A stretch of DNA of 64,000 nt, taken from positions 1 through 64,000 of IMG/VR virus record IMGVR_UViG_2721755344_000002; one strand, 5' to 3'. Positions within the stretch are counted from its first letter, which is position 1. Every line of letters starts with the position of its first letter. The notes under the pieces are model-generated. The model ran no database searches. It saw only the letters and a program-made list of their open reading frames with translations, and had not been told where the DNA came from. The translations under genes and the position numbers were made by a program. The DNA is from a virus (Duplodnaviria; Caudoviricetes). This document shows, in pieces, positions 1 to 10,550 of the stretch.

Positions 1-654
1 GCTTAAATACTTATGTGTAAATTTACTAAAAAATCCTTTGTCCAAATCCTCGAGACTCTTCTTTACCTTAATAATATACTTGTAGTTCTGAGGGGAAGGA
101 TAAACCTTTGTCTCCATTACCTTACCAGCGGCTGTTTGTTTTACTTTAATTGATACCTGAAAGTTATCGGGAAGTAAACGACACCTGCAGCGGGGATGTA
201 TAGGAGGAAAATCTTCTTCTGTTAATTCTCTAATCAGATAGGTTCTGTTATTCCTACCTAAACATCTTTCGCAAACTCTTCCATCGGATATTGCTACCCA
301 CCTAACCCGATTAATTTTATTAGCTTTGTAAATATCAATAGCACCTTTTTGTCTTGCCCTATGAAGTTCGGTTTTAGCTATTAAATAAGCTCTCTTTCTT
401 GCACTTGCAAATATACCCTTATCAAGTCCCGTAGTCATCAAACTACTAGCTATCGCTGAAACAGACTTACCCTCGGCCACTCCTTCACGCAATATAGTTC
501 TAATATTATCTCGAATTGAATTATTGATGTTCGTAATTAAAGATAAACTTCTGCGAGTGAGTTTCCTTCGTGTAGCTTCTTTAAAGCTCCGAGAAACATT
601 TTGTTCATAAATTGAAGTTATTTGTTCCGGAGAGTACTTAGCTGTTCTTGGCAT
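1..654 (-). CDS. Phage head morphogenesis protein (SPP1 gp7/MuF family), runs off the left edge; has a C-terminal extension
   Basis: Hand translation from ATG at 654 (not in the ORF track): RAYLIAKTELHRA...WVAISDGRVCERC...PPIHPRCRCRLLP, the MuF Cys/His motif. Frame stays open to base 1. Lies downstream of the portal. Confidence 0.88.
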   Translation of the reverse strand, partial: MPRTAKYSPEQITSIYEQNVSRSFKEATRRKLTRRSLSLITNINNSIRDNIRTILREGVAEGKSVSAIASSLMTTGLDKGIFASARKRAYLIAKTELHRARQKGAIDIYKANKINRVRWVAISDGRVCERCLGRNNRTYLIRELTEEDFPPIHPRCRCRLLPDNFQVSIKVKQTAAGKVMETKVYPSPQNYKYIIKVKKSLEDLDKGFFSKFTHKYLS

Positions 655-979
655 TTTCTAATCTAATCATCCTTAAAGGTTTCCTAAGAATCTTTTTAAA
701 CACAGGTGGATCAGCTTTGACTGGTTCTGGATAAGGAGGATTAACTCCTCGACGCATTTCTTCCAAAACTACTTCAAGTACCCTATAACCTTCAGTAATC
801 TTATAATCATTTTCTAATAAGGGAGGTAAGGGAGTACTCCAGGGAGAAATACTTTCGATATTATCGCCAATATAGGGATAAACAGTCCAATTATCACTAG
901 TAGTATTATCACTAGTAATAATACCAGTATAGGTAATACAACCTGAGCTACTTAAATAGCCGGAAGAAATTTCGTCCAT
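638..979 (-). CDS. Small hypothetical protein with C-terminal RMIRL tail; paralog of 1014..1217
   Basis: AGGAG RBS; ends KPLRMIRLENAKNS. Confidence 0.7.
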   Translation of the reverse strand: MDEISSGYLSSSGCITYTGIITSDNTTSDNWTVYPYIGDNIESISPWSTPLPPLLENDYKITEGYRVLEVVLEEMRRGVNPPYPEPVKADPPVFKKILRKPLRMIRLENAKNS

Positions 980-1013
980 TTTTATTCTCCTTTCTTAGTT
1001 TTTACTTATATTT

Positions 1014-1217
1014 TTAGCTATTCTTGGCATTTTCTAATCTAATCATCCTTAAAGGCCTTCTATAACTTTTTATCTTGTCTTTAGCTGGTTCTGGTTCTGG
1101 TTCCCCCAATACAATTCTATACTCTGGATTATACTGTAGCGCCATCTTTTCCCAAAGTTGACCAATAGTCAAATTATTAATGGTCCAGTTATCACCGCTA
1201 CTATTGCTACTATACAT
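1014..1217 (-). CDS. Small hypothetical protein with C-terminal RMIRL tail; paralog of 638..979
   Basis: Near-identical RBS region and 3' ~45 bp to 638..979; ends RPLRMIRLENAKNS. Confidence 0.7.
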   Translation of the reverse strand: MYSSNSSGDNWTINNLTIGQLWEKMALQYNPEYRIVLGEPEPEPAKDKIKSYRRPLRMIRLENAKNS

Positions 1218-1451
1218 TTTTATTCTCCTTTCTCAGTTTTTACAGGTAACTAATAACATTCTGGAAGATCTAGACTACACTTAAACCTACTTGCCCAGTC
1301 GAATCCTGCACTTGTTAAGACCTTCTTGAACTCTACTATTTCTTTAGAACTGAGTAGAAACTTTTTACGACCATTTATGGTTATTTCTATATTTTTGTCG
1401 TCCAGTATCTTATACTTAAATCTTACCGACATGCTAAACACCTTTAGATCG

Positions 1452-2243
1452 TTATTTTCTCAAAAATGCTGCAGCTATTTTCTGTCCTTCTACTGTTCTA
1501 TGAACATTATGCGCTGCACCTTCTATAATAGTTCCTAGGCACTTTACCCTACGAATGAAGGGATAAAAATGAGTTACTGGAGTGCAGAGCTTATCCTTCT
1601 CGCCATAGATAAGGATGATTTGCTTCTCCAATCCTGTATATCGCCCCTCGTTTGCTAACTGCATAGGGTCAGGAGCTTTATCAAAGAAAGCTTTTGCATC
1701 GTCTACTAAGTCTCCATGTCTTCCGTCAGCCGTCCAGGCATCCCAATCATACGGACGCTTTGGATCGTGCATATTGATTGGGCCAATCATACCGACTACT
1801 CTACGAAATAGCTGTGGGTATAAAGCAAAAGCCCGTAATGATCTATAACATCCCAAAGATACACCAACCAAATCTATTGACTGAAGGTTAGGAAACCGCT
1901 GTTTCATTAGAATAGCCACATCCCTCAACTCGATAGCATCCCTATTCGGGTCCTGGTTGTAAATATCTGGCTCTCCTTCAAAATTTGGATATACTGTAGT
2001 CCACCCCATATTGACATACGGAGCGTAAGTCGAAACTAGCCCAGCTATCCAACCCCCATGTACTGCAATAGCACCACGATTGGCATTCTTAATTCTACCG
2101 CTTGGAACGTACACCCACGCATTAATATCATTCCCATCTACAGTTCCATTAAACGGATCCGGATCAACTAATGGCTCTGCAGGTGAAATTTCGGGAGACG
2201 ATCCTCCAAAACACCTACTACTAATCCAATCAAATATACTCAT
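1452..2243 (-). CDS. Alpha/beta-fold hydrolase (esterase/peptidase)
   Basis: HGG oxyanion motif, GVSLG nucleophile elbow, GEKD acid, AAH catalytic His. Confidence 0.8.
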   Translation of the reverse strand: MSIFDWISSRCFGGSSPEISPAEPLVDPDPFNGTVDGNDINAWVYVPSGRIKNANRGAIAVHGGWIAGLVSTYAPYVNMGWTTVYPNFEGEPDIYNQDPNRDAIELRDVAILMKQRFPNLQSIDLVGVSLGCYRSLRAFALYPQLFRRVVGMIGPINMHDPKRPYDWDAWTADGRHGDLVDDAKAFFDKAPDPMQLANEGRYTGLEKQIILIYGEKDKLCTPVTHFYPFIRRVKCLGTIIEGAAHNVHRTVEGQKIAAAFLRK

Positions 2244-2887
2244 GTTATATCCTCCTATTTTTTTGCAAGTTCTAAGATTTGACCTGTCTCTTTAAGTCCC
2301 TCTTCATACGATTCAAGTATTTCTTTCTTGAAAATTTCCACTAACTCGTTGTATCTTTCTTTGAAAGCTTCAGCCGATTTTGTAAGTATATTCCTCAACT
2401 CTTGACGATTAATATTTTCCTTATCCAGTCCTATTAACTCTTTTGTTGCTTTTGCTACCGCTTCGTCGTAAGCTCGATTTACTTCCTGCATCAACTGGTC
2501 TTCCCTTTTCTTCAACTTCGAGTCGTTCATCTTTACTAATGTTTGAATGTCCATCTTTCACCTCCTCAAGAATAGGACCTCCGAATAATTGATAATCGCT
2601 CATTTCTTCACTAGTGCATTTCTTGATCTTATAAAAATCAATATCTTTATCAAGAGCCAGCACAAGAGTTGCAGGTCCAAAAATACTTCTAAGATTAAGA
2701 TTTAGTTCAATTATATTTTGATAGGGCAGATTTTCCCGGATGTGAACAATCGTAAGTCCGTTCACATCGCTTATACACAAAGGAGCTTGAATTCCTAAAC
2801 ACTTTAAATTACCTCGAGCCTCCCTTATATAAGGAATAATTTTATACCAACCTGTCTGAGTTTGCCATAATTGTTCCATGCCTTCCA

Positions 2888-3280
2888 TTACTTAACCTCC
2901 ATTTTATTACGAATTTCGTGATGAAAGAGTTCATACTTCCTTCCATATTCGTCTCTTGCCGTAACTCCGTGTTCACCAACTCCTGTTATAGTAATAGGCT
3001 TTCCGTAATAATTGATTCGATGCCCAACTTCTGCGCCTGAATGTTTCCCTTTATACGGTTCTCTTTGAGGTTTCCCTTGCTGAGGTTTCCCTTGCTGAGG
3101 TTTCCCTTGCGTTTGCTCCCATCTTCTGACATTAGGATTCGTCTTGGATGGAAGTAACTGGAGTCCTGGCCTACCACCCTGTATGCCCTGCATGCCCTGC
3201 ACACCCTGCATACCTGGATTAGGTTGCATAGGCATCTGATTTGGAAATGCTTTCTTAATAACAAATTTTACTTTTTTCAT
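2888..3280 (-). CDS. Small Gln/Gly-rich probable virion protein next to the portal
   Basis: VIKKA junction, GKPQQ x3 repeat, directly downstream of the portal. Confidence 0.5.
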   Translation of the reverse strand: MKKVKFVIKKAFPNQMPMQPNPGMQGVQGMQGIQGGRPGLQLLPSKTNPNVRRWEQTQGKPQQGKPQQGKPQREPYKGKHSGAEVGHRINYYGKPITITGVGEHGVTARDEYGRKYELFHHEIRNKMEVK

Positions 3281-3288
3281 AAACTCTC

Positions 3289-5106
3289 CTAATCTAACTC
3301 TTCTCCTTTAGGAGCTCCACCTCCACCAAATTCTTTACCAGGTGATGTTTCTTCTTTAGGAGCTCCGCCTCCAGGTGGTGCTTCTTCCTCGCCTCCCTCT
3401 TGACCAAAATCATATTTACCTTCTTCACCCTCTTGACCAAAATCTTCACCTCCGCCCATTCCGCCCATCATTTGCTGCTGCTGTTGCTGCATCTTGAGCT
3501 GAAGCATATATTGAGTATAAACATTATTCATAATAATATCCCCGCCTTTTTCTTCCCCAAGCGGTTTGTAATCTTCCTCGATTCTTATTTCGTCGATAGT
3601 CCTATAATTCTGTAATTGTTCGGTCCTAAGTTTCTGCCTTTGTTCTTCTGTTTTAGCATCTAACCCCACAAATTGAAATTCAATTCTGGGATCTATCTGC
3701 CAAATAATATTTTTGTTTATTTCTCCTTCAATAAATTTCAGTAAAGGTTTAAGCCCTCTATCCCTGGACATCTTCTGCTTTGCTTCATTCTGGCTTTCAA
3801 ACATAGGTCCCTGAGTTTGATGAGCAGAACCCTTCAAATCAAAATTAATCTCTGCGGGATCAATCAAGTAAACAGCGCAAATAATTTTTACTAAATATTC
3901 GAGCCAGCTACTAAATTCCATCTGCCTATTATTACTATGTAAATTAGTATAATTCAACTTAGCAGGAGATGCTATAATCGGGGTTCGCCAGGCATTATAA
4001 ACACCAGCAATTTGAGCGTGCCATTGTCTCCTAAAAGACTGAAGATGTTCCTGATTTATATTTGCTCCCTCGAAATGAATAATTCCTTTAGGTGCTGAAC
4101 CTTGAGAAAAAAACCTTCTGTTGTGCTCCTCTGTCCACATATGAGCCACAACTGTATTAACAAGAATTTCTAACTCAGATGTTCCGTAACCGTTTAATCG
4201 AACACTTGTTCTTGGATTTCGTATCCCAAATATAAATTCCTTTTCTGTATATGTGTTAATAACTCTACCCATTAAAATCTGGACATACCTGATATCCTCA
4301 GGTTTAATATCATCGTCTATTGCTCCCTTCCAGCTTGCCATCATTCTAGTACTGGTTTCAATATCTTCCTTAGTAGTTTTCCCCTTTTCGTAATAGCCTC
4401 CCACTTTCCTTCTATCTCTCCAATATTCTGGAGTCGTGGCTAATCTTATTGTACAAGCATCTATCGCATAAAAAGCTCCAGGTGTTCCCTTTCTACTTGG
4501 AACTATTTCGGATGTAGCCTGATCATAAGTTAGACTATCCCTTGAAAACTTTCTTAGAAAAGCATCAAAATCGTCCCTTTCCTCTTCTTCAATTTTTCCT
4601 GGAAAACCAGTAGCTTCGATAAACCCTGTCAATTCCTTCATCCTTTTTTCATCAGCCTTCGTAACTTTTTCATCCTTATCTCTCAACATAAACTCAAAAC
4701 CAACATCGTAAGGAGTTCTTGGAGTTCTTGAAAAGCTAGCCACCTGGTTAACTCTTGTATTAATAACTGCGGCTACTACTGGGTTTCTCTCCGACATAAG
4801 ACGAAGTTGATCAAATCCTAACATCATAGGTCTTTCCCTGTATCCAACAGACTCAAGAAGTTGATAAGGATCGATAAACAAAGACTTTGCTTCTAAATCC
4901 TCTTTTTTTCCGTTCGATTTCTCAAAAGCTTCGAGCCAGGTAGCGTGAATTTCCTGAGCTTTCTCTAGAGCCTTTTTTTCAGAAATCTCTACCATACGCT
5001 GTTCTACTTCAAAAATCTGTTTTGCTTTGGTTAGCTCTATCTCTTCCAACTTCTTTTCAAAATCTTGTTTCAAAGCCTCTATCTTTTTACCATCAAACAA
5101 GCCCAT
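3289..5106 (-). CDS. Portal protein, Herelleviridae (SPO1/K)-like
   Basis: NRRFFSQGSAPKGII...FRRQW...MEFSSWLEYLVKIICAVYLIDPAEINF...GLKPLLKFIE...FQFVG...TIDEIR matches the portal motif series; acidic Gly-rich tail. Confidence 0.93.
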   Translation of the reverse strand: MGLFDGKKIEALKQDFEKKLEEIELTKAKQIFEVEQRMVEISEKKALEKAQEIHATWLEAFEKSNGKKEDLEAKSLFIDPYQLLESVGYRERPMMLGFDQLRLMSERNPVVAAVINTRVNQVASFSRTPRTPYDVGFEFMLRDKDEKVTKADEKRMKELTGFIEATGFPGKIEEEERDDFDAFLRKFSRDSLTYDQATSEIVPSRKGTPGAFYAIDACTIRLATTPEYWRDRRKVGGYYEKGKTTKEDIETSTRMMASWKGAIDDDIKPEDIRYVQILMGRVINTYTEKEFIFGIRNPRTSVRLNGYGTSELEILVNTVVAHMWTEEHNRRFFSQGSAPKGIIHFEGANINQEHLQSFRRQWHAQIAGVYNAWRTPIIASPAKLNYTNLHSNNRQMEFSSWLEYLVKIICAVYLIDPAEINFDLKGSAHQTQGPMFESQNEAKQKMSRDRGLKPLLKFIEGEINKNIIWQIDPRIEFQFVGLDAKTEEQRQKLRTEQLQNYRTIDEIRIEEDYKPLGEEKGGDIIMNNVYTQYMLQLKMQQQQQQMMGGMGGGEDFGQEGEEGKYDFGQEGGEEEAPPGGGAPKEETSPGKEFGGGGAPKGEELD

Positions 5107-5117
5107 AATGTTCCTCT

Positions 5118-5657
5118 CTATTTATCTTTACCCAATATTTTTATTATAGCCGATTCTTTGCTTTTGTAGTAAGGAGATTGCTTTTGTTTATCTTCTCTTT
5201 CCTGAACTTCTATCTCCCTTTTCCCAACAACATCTTCTCTTTTTAATACTGTACCTTCACGATGTTCAATAACTGTTTCTCTCTCCATTAAAACTGCATC
5301 CCCATTAGTGTGTAAATATTTTTTAAAAAGTTTGTAAATAAATTTTACAAATAAAAGCAACAAAACGCTTACAACAATAGTTAAAAGTACTTCGTAAATT
5401 ACAAGATCAAAATATGGAAAACTCGAACCAACCATCAAATGAAGGTGGTAGTCTGGCTCACACGCTTTAGTAAGTAGTGTGTAAAATCCTACACCTCGTC
5501 TTATAAAAATTAAGACCTGTGCTACTAAAAAAAACTTCCAAGCAAAAGACCAATATTTTATATATCCTATAAATCTATAAAATTTCAGTCCGTAATAAAC
5601 CATCAATCCATGCGAAATCATGGATATTGTACACAAAATAGCAAGAAAATAAATCAT
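5118..5657 (-). CDS. Membrane protein (about 3 TM helices, charged tail)
   Basis: Three hydrophobic stretches and a KRE-repeat C-terminus. Confidence 0.6.
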   Translation of the reverse strand: MIYFLAILCTISMISHGLMVYYGLKFYRFIGYIKYWSFAWKFFLVAQVLIFIRRGVGFYTLLTKACEPDYHLHLMVGSSFPYFDLVIYEVLLTIVVSVLLLLFVKFIYKLFKKYLHTNGDAVLMERETVIEHREGTVLKREDVVGKREIEVQEREDKQKQSPYYKSKESAIIKILGKDK

Positions 5658-5660
5658 CTA

Positions 5661-6209
5661 TTAAACCTCCGCCTGAACTTTTACTGGTGCTTCTTCCGCA
5701 CAAAGACAATTTCTATCATACAAAATCTGGTCGATATATGCGAGGGCTAAAGCATAAGCTAAACATTTCTCTGATTTCACTTCTGTTAAAGCTGGCAATT
5801 CTTCTTTCAATATACTTTTTAATTCATACAATTCTTCTATACGTATTTTGGGTTTTCTTTCCTCCAACAATTTATCCATCAATTCGTCTTTCTTAAAATG
5901 GATAGGCTGCTTAATCATAGAATTAACAGCCCCTCTTACCTGATTCCAAAATAACTCCATCTTAGTTTCTACACGTGCAAGCCTCTCTGAAATTTGGATG
6001 AGATGAGCATCTAACTTATCCTCTACACTTTTAATTTCTAATTTTAACGGACAGGTTTTTATTTCAGCAGAAATTCTGTCACCTAACTTTATTTCTAAAT
6101 CGGACATTTCTTTTCTTGATCTTAAAACCCATCCAAAATAATGATATACCAAAGTCAATATAGAAACTAAAAGAGCTACAGCACCTAAATAACTAGCATA
6201 ATCATTCAT
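5661..6209 (-). CDS. N-terminally membrane-anchored coiled-coil protein
   Basis: Single N-terminal hydrophobic helix followed by a helical, charged body. Confidence 0.55.
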   Translation of the reverse strand: MNDYASYLGAVALLVSILTLVYHYFGWVLRSRKEMSDLEIKLGDRISAEIKTCPLKLEIKSVEDKLDAHLIQISERLARVETKMELFWNQVRGAVNSMIKQPIHFKKDELMDKLLEERKPKIRIEELYELKSILKEELPALTEVKSEKCLAYALALAYIDQILYDRNCLCAEEAPVKVQAEV

Positions 6210-6728
6210 ACAAGCCTCATTTTATTTTTTGTTACATTCTGTTGGAACGTACATATTTAGTCGGCCCCACTACTCTACGCCCTTCTTCGATATTGCTGTT
6301 ACTACACCCCTCCAACTTCTCTATCCTTTCATTTAAAAAACGATGGAATTTCCAGTGTGCATCAATCCGTTTATCTATTGCATCCAACCTATCTATAATC
6401 TCATTTATCTTTTCTATCACATTCTCGATCATTAAAGCATCTTCAAGTGTCAACTTTTCCATATTATTCTCCATTTAAATTTTAATCGTCAGCACCGTTC
6501 AAATATTCTTCATAATCTTCTTCAAACGACTCATCAAGTAACTCCTGTTCTTCCTCTTCGTCAACCCAACTTCTTCCTAGCCTATCCAAAATACTTAGTA
6601 AACTCATTTCTTCTCCTCTGTTTCTTCTTCTCTCTTGTAAGATTCGTTATTTATTTTAGGATTCCGATCGCACATACCACACGGAATACTAGGATAATTG
6701 CAATCAGTACCATCAAAAGCACATTTCA

Positions 6729-7697
6729 TTAAAATTTTCCTCCCATTAGCCAATGCTCCATTAATGCGGGCATTATATATTTGCTCCTGCAAGTATTTGG
6801 CTTATTATTAAGTTTTGTAGCCACCCGAGTAATAATATCAGCCAAAACTTCTTTTTGTGCCTTGCGCTTTAACGGCATAATAGACTTTTTCGCAAACTCT
6901 ACGAAATAATTCGATGCGTGATATGTTCTAAAATCCTTAGCGGTAACTCGGAATCTACCTAACCACTTTACTACATCCTTCCTCTCCACTTCGTAAAGTA
7001 GTTTTGATTCTGGTTCTCGATCGTCCTTCAGCTCCATCAGAGCTTTTCCTACATTTGGGTCATCAACCTTAATATGCCAATCAACCCCGCTCTTTCCTAC
7101 AAAGTCGAGGTAGACAACACCATCTTCTGCTTGTGAAATGTGTTTACATTGAAGCGTTGTGGTTCCAAAATGATCTTCCCTATTATGAGCGCCCCCTCCA
7201 ATTCTCATACAAAACCGGTCCACGCAATACATAGCTACACCAAAAGACTTCTTTATTGGGTTACTATCCCCAATCATGGGTTCGTATTTAGCCCTGATAG
7301 TAGGTAAATACTTTTCGATATACTTGAGTCTTGCCCATTTTACTTTAGCTCCCCTCTCCTTTTTCTTATCCGTATATTTCTTCCCTGCAACAGTTCCATC
7401 AGTCTTAATTACACACCTGACCAATCCTGTTTCTGCTGGCTCTTTGAAATCAATCACTTGGGCAATCTCATCAACTTTCACACCCGCATACCATTTTGTA
7501 CCATCTTCACTAGGTTTAATTGCATCTACATTGATTTTATCCCTGGTAATAACATTAACTTTATCTGGATAAGCCGATACATATCGAATAGCATGAAACG
7601 TTTTTGTCTTGCCTCGCACCAACCTAACTTGCGGTATTAACCCTAAAGGAATAGATTTCTCTATTAAAATAAAGGCTTTAGGTTGATTATCTATCAC
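6729..7697 (-). CDS. DNA topoisomerase IB (viral/bacterial type) with a cargo-type N-terminal leader
   Basis: MRIG, FGTTTL, FVGKSG, KDFRT, LNN...CRSKYI give the TopIB catalytic series R-K-R-(N)-Y. Confidence 0.88.
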   Translation of the reverse strand: MIDNQPKAFILIEKSIPLGLIPQVRLVRGKTKTFHAIRYVSAYPDKVNVITRDKINVDAIKPSEDGTKWYAGVKVDEIAQVIDFKEPAETGLVRCVIKTDGTVAGKKYTDKKKERGAKVKWARLKYIEKYLPTIRAKYEPMIGDSNPIKKSFGVAMYCVDRFCMRIGGGAHNREDHFGTTTLQCKHISQAEDGVVYLDFVGKSGVDWHIKVDDPNVGKALMELKDDREPESKLLYEVERKDVVKWLGRFRVTAKDFRTYHASNYFVEFAKKSIMPLKRKAQKEVLADIITRVATKLNNKPNTCRSKYIMPALMEHWLMGGKF

Positions 7698-7910
7698 TTA
7701 CTTTTTTCCTCTCTTGGAAGCTTTTAAAGGATTTAACTTGAAAGCATCGCCTTTGGTTTCTTTTTTAATATGGGTCGCCATCGGGCAATTCCCAATTCTC
7801 CATTTGGAACTGGGTACCAAATAAACAGAACAAACCTGTGCTCCAGCTTCGGGCAACGACTTCCCGCAACCCTCGCACTTCTCTATGATAGGTTCTCGAG
7901 TAAAATCCAT
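7698..7910 (-). CDS. PxxKW-family cysteine-rich protein
   Basis: PIIEKCEGC...CSVY..PSSKWRIGNCPMATH...KLNPLKASKR; a family typical of Desulfobacterota. Confidence 0.8.
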   Translation of the reverse strand: MDFTREPIIEKCEGCGKSLPEAGAQVCSVYLVPSSKWRIGNCPMATHIKKETKGDAFKLNPLKASKRGKK

Positions 7911-8356
7911 TCTTCCTTCTTACATTAGTAATTTTAGTAATCATAGTAAATTACTAAACTCAACTTACTAATTCTTCTTCACACAATCATAAAGACAATG
8001 TGGCCTATTAATGGCCTATTTCGCAAATACGAAAAATAAATCCTTCATCTTAAAAAGTTTTATAAAATTATCTACTTCTACTCTTCATCTCACTTAATAG
8101 CCTTTTTAAAGTTTTATTATCGGAACAAGCTATCATTTTCGCAATATTTTTCGTTTGTTGCTTATTTTTTCTTAACAATTCTTTCTTTTCCAAATTTAAC
8201 CTCTTGGCCAAGCCATCCTGGCTCTATGAGGTGTTCACCTCCATCTTTTATTTTTACAACTTCTTCGATTTTCTTCTCTTTAGTCATCAATACAACTATA
8301 GCCGCAAGTTGTGATACCCTGAATTTTCTTCCATCTTTTGAATATATTCAATCAGA

Positions 8357-8404
8357 TACAATCGGTAGGTTACAATCGGTAGGTTACAATCGGTAGGTTA
8401 CAAT
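8357..8404. repeat. Tandem repeat, 14-bp unit TACAATCGGTAGGT x3.4
   Basis: Read directly; perfect copies. Confidence 0.95.
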
Positions 8405-8882
8405 AGAATCATTAATTAGATCAATCTTCATTCTTCCAAACAGCCTCACATTCTTTACACCATTTTTCCGGTATGTGGTAATCTTTCGGGGTACTATTCC
8501 AAGCCGATAAAGGGATACTGGTTTCCATCACCCGCTCGTTTCCGCACAAGGCCTTCTTTTCCCCATCCCGGGCCAAATGATAATGCCAAAAACCTTCAAC
8601 ACCCTCAACTATCTTCATTGCCTAGCGCACTTTCGTAATAGTTATTGCCACATCCGGGACAACCCCAAATTGTCCGATTTCTTTAATTCTAAACAATTTG
8701 TCGTTCAGCCATACTTCTACATCAGGATTAAGTTTTCCTGCATTTTTAACGCACAGGTCAATGCACTTTTTTAATTGTTTCAGCTTCATTTCCACCTCCT
8801 TGTTGGCTACATATTAATAATAACACTATTCATTATAATTTTCGTATTAACTATGTTAGTTTCCTTATCACAAACTTTGCAA

Positions 8883-9992
8883 TTAACTAACACTATCGGC
8901 AAATTCAATCGCCTCCTTTTTGGTCTTAAACCCCTGTATAGCCCTGTGGCTCCATCCATAATAAAGGCCATCTTTCTTACTTCTTCCTATACTCGTAATA
9001 GTATTACTTGGATGAGCTTTCTCTGGTTCAAGCTCGAGATATTCCTTCCATTCCTTTATGCTTCTACCCTTCTTAAAAGATTTCCCCAATGCTTCCATAA
9101 GTACATTTTGTTTTTTCAGCATTCTTCTTCTATCTAAAACTTCTGTCATAAAATCGTAAGTTTTAGGAAACTTATCTCTCTTCAAAATCCCCAATCTGTA
9201 GTAAGCATACGCTTCAGCAAATCCTTCAGAAAAATTATTAGCGCTCCTTGCGTAGTCACTTACTCGCTCGGTTTCGTAAATCTCTTCATACTTTTTTCTA
9301 TCTGCAGAAGTAATAAATTTATTATAATGAAAGTTATGATGCCCTATTTCGTGAAGAAATCCGTGTAATTTATAATGTTTGTTCACCGCAAAAGACAAAT
9401 TTGAGCTGTCCATAACATAACTTTTTAAATCTGGAAAATACATCCCAGCTATATACGGATCTTCTTTCCTATACTTTATTAGATATTCCAAATATGGGCG
9501 CATAGGAATAGTCTGGGCTCCCTTTTCAAGCTGCTTAAAATCCAATTCTTCAACGCTCCTTAAACCAGCCAATTCGTCTCGGGGCAAAGCCCGTTGTATA
9601 AACATCTTGGTATCTTCCGACACATTAACAAAAGATGGGCTAGCTAGTTCAGAAATAAAAGATTCTCCAACTTTATGTTCCCTTTTTGCCGTCACCTTTT
9701 CTCTCAAGTCCTGAGCACTCTTTTCTCGAGAGTATCCGATAAGCGGTTTTCCCATTCTGTCAACATCAAACACAACTCCTCTAGATACCAGATATTGCTG
9801 TTCGCTTGTAGGAAGCTTCTCGACTCGTTTTCTTCCGTATACTCCTAATAATTTTACTTTCTCAACCAAAGAATCAAGATAAGCCTTTCTATTGCGAGGG
9901 TCTTCCCTTGTATACCCTATTACATATTTACCTTTTCTCTGGTAAGGCTTAACACTAACCCTTTTAGACTTTTCTATTAGTATGTGTTTCAT
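8883..9992 (-). CDS. RKGK-leader protein with a zincin-like metallopeptidase domain
   Basis: IEKSKRVSVKPYQRKGK leader; LHEIGHH plus VSDYA...EGFAEAY. Confidence 0.75.
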   Translation of the reverse strand: MKHILIEKSKRVSVKPYQRKGKYVIGYTREDPRNRKAYLDSLVEKVKLLGVYGRKRVEKLPTSEQQYLVSRGVVFDVDRMGKPLIGYSREKSAQDLREKVTAKREHKVGESFISELASPSFVNVSEDTKMFIQRALPRDELAGLRSVEELDFKQLEKGAQTIPMRPYLEYLIKYRKEDPYIAGMYFPDLKSYVMDSSNLSFAVNKHYKLHGFLHEIGHHNFHYNKFITSADRKKYEEIYETERVSDYARSANNFSEGFAEAYAYYRLGILKRDKFPKTYDFMTEVLDRRRMLKKQNVLMEALGKSFKKGRSIKEWKEYLELEPEKAHPSNTITSIGRSKKDGLYYGWSHRAIQGFKTKKEAIEFADSVS

Positions 9993-10174
9993 CCATCTCC
10001 TTCAAAACTGGAGAACTCTCCAAAAGTAAATACTCTTCCAGTGCTATTTTATATTTAGGATGAGATTTACCAATTAGTTCTATTGTACTTACATAATTTC
10101 CATTAGGAAGCATCTTGCCTCCCCTCAACGGAATCTTTTCTGGTATCTTAATTTTATTCTTCATAATAGCTCCC

Positions 10175-10317
10175 CTTTCTTCGTTTTCAGCATAAGGGAA
10201 TAACCCCAGGTGAGCACTAAATTGTTCAGCGTTAAGCGAAATAGTGCTTTCTTCGTTTTCAGCATAAGGGAATAACCCCAGGTGAGCACTAAATTGTTCA
10301 GCGTTAAGCGAAATAGT
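10175..10317. repeat. 72-bp-period tandem duplication (in frame in ORF 9964..10365)
   Basis: Two perfect 71-bp copies encoding TISLNAEQFSAHLGLFPYAENEE. Confidence 0.95.
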
Positions 10318-10550
10318 ATCCTTGTTTGTCCTATACGTTTTGTCGACTGCTTTTCTTTTAGCCATAATAGCACCCCTTTATTAATTTATAAGCTTCATCC
10401 AGGCTAAAAATTTCTATCAAACTCTTTTTAACTTTCTTCTTTTTCTCTGGTAAATCTTTTGTATCAGGTGTATGCTCGGCCCATTCTTTTGCCATTTCGG
10501 GCTTCTTAGCAAACATCCATCGCATTTGTGATTTTGAGGCAAACGGCATT

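Noticed and set aside
10175-10317. 72-bp duplication as a mini-CRISPR
   Set aside because: Two abutting copies with no spacer, in frame within an ORF
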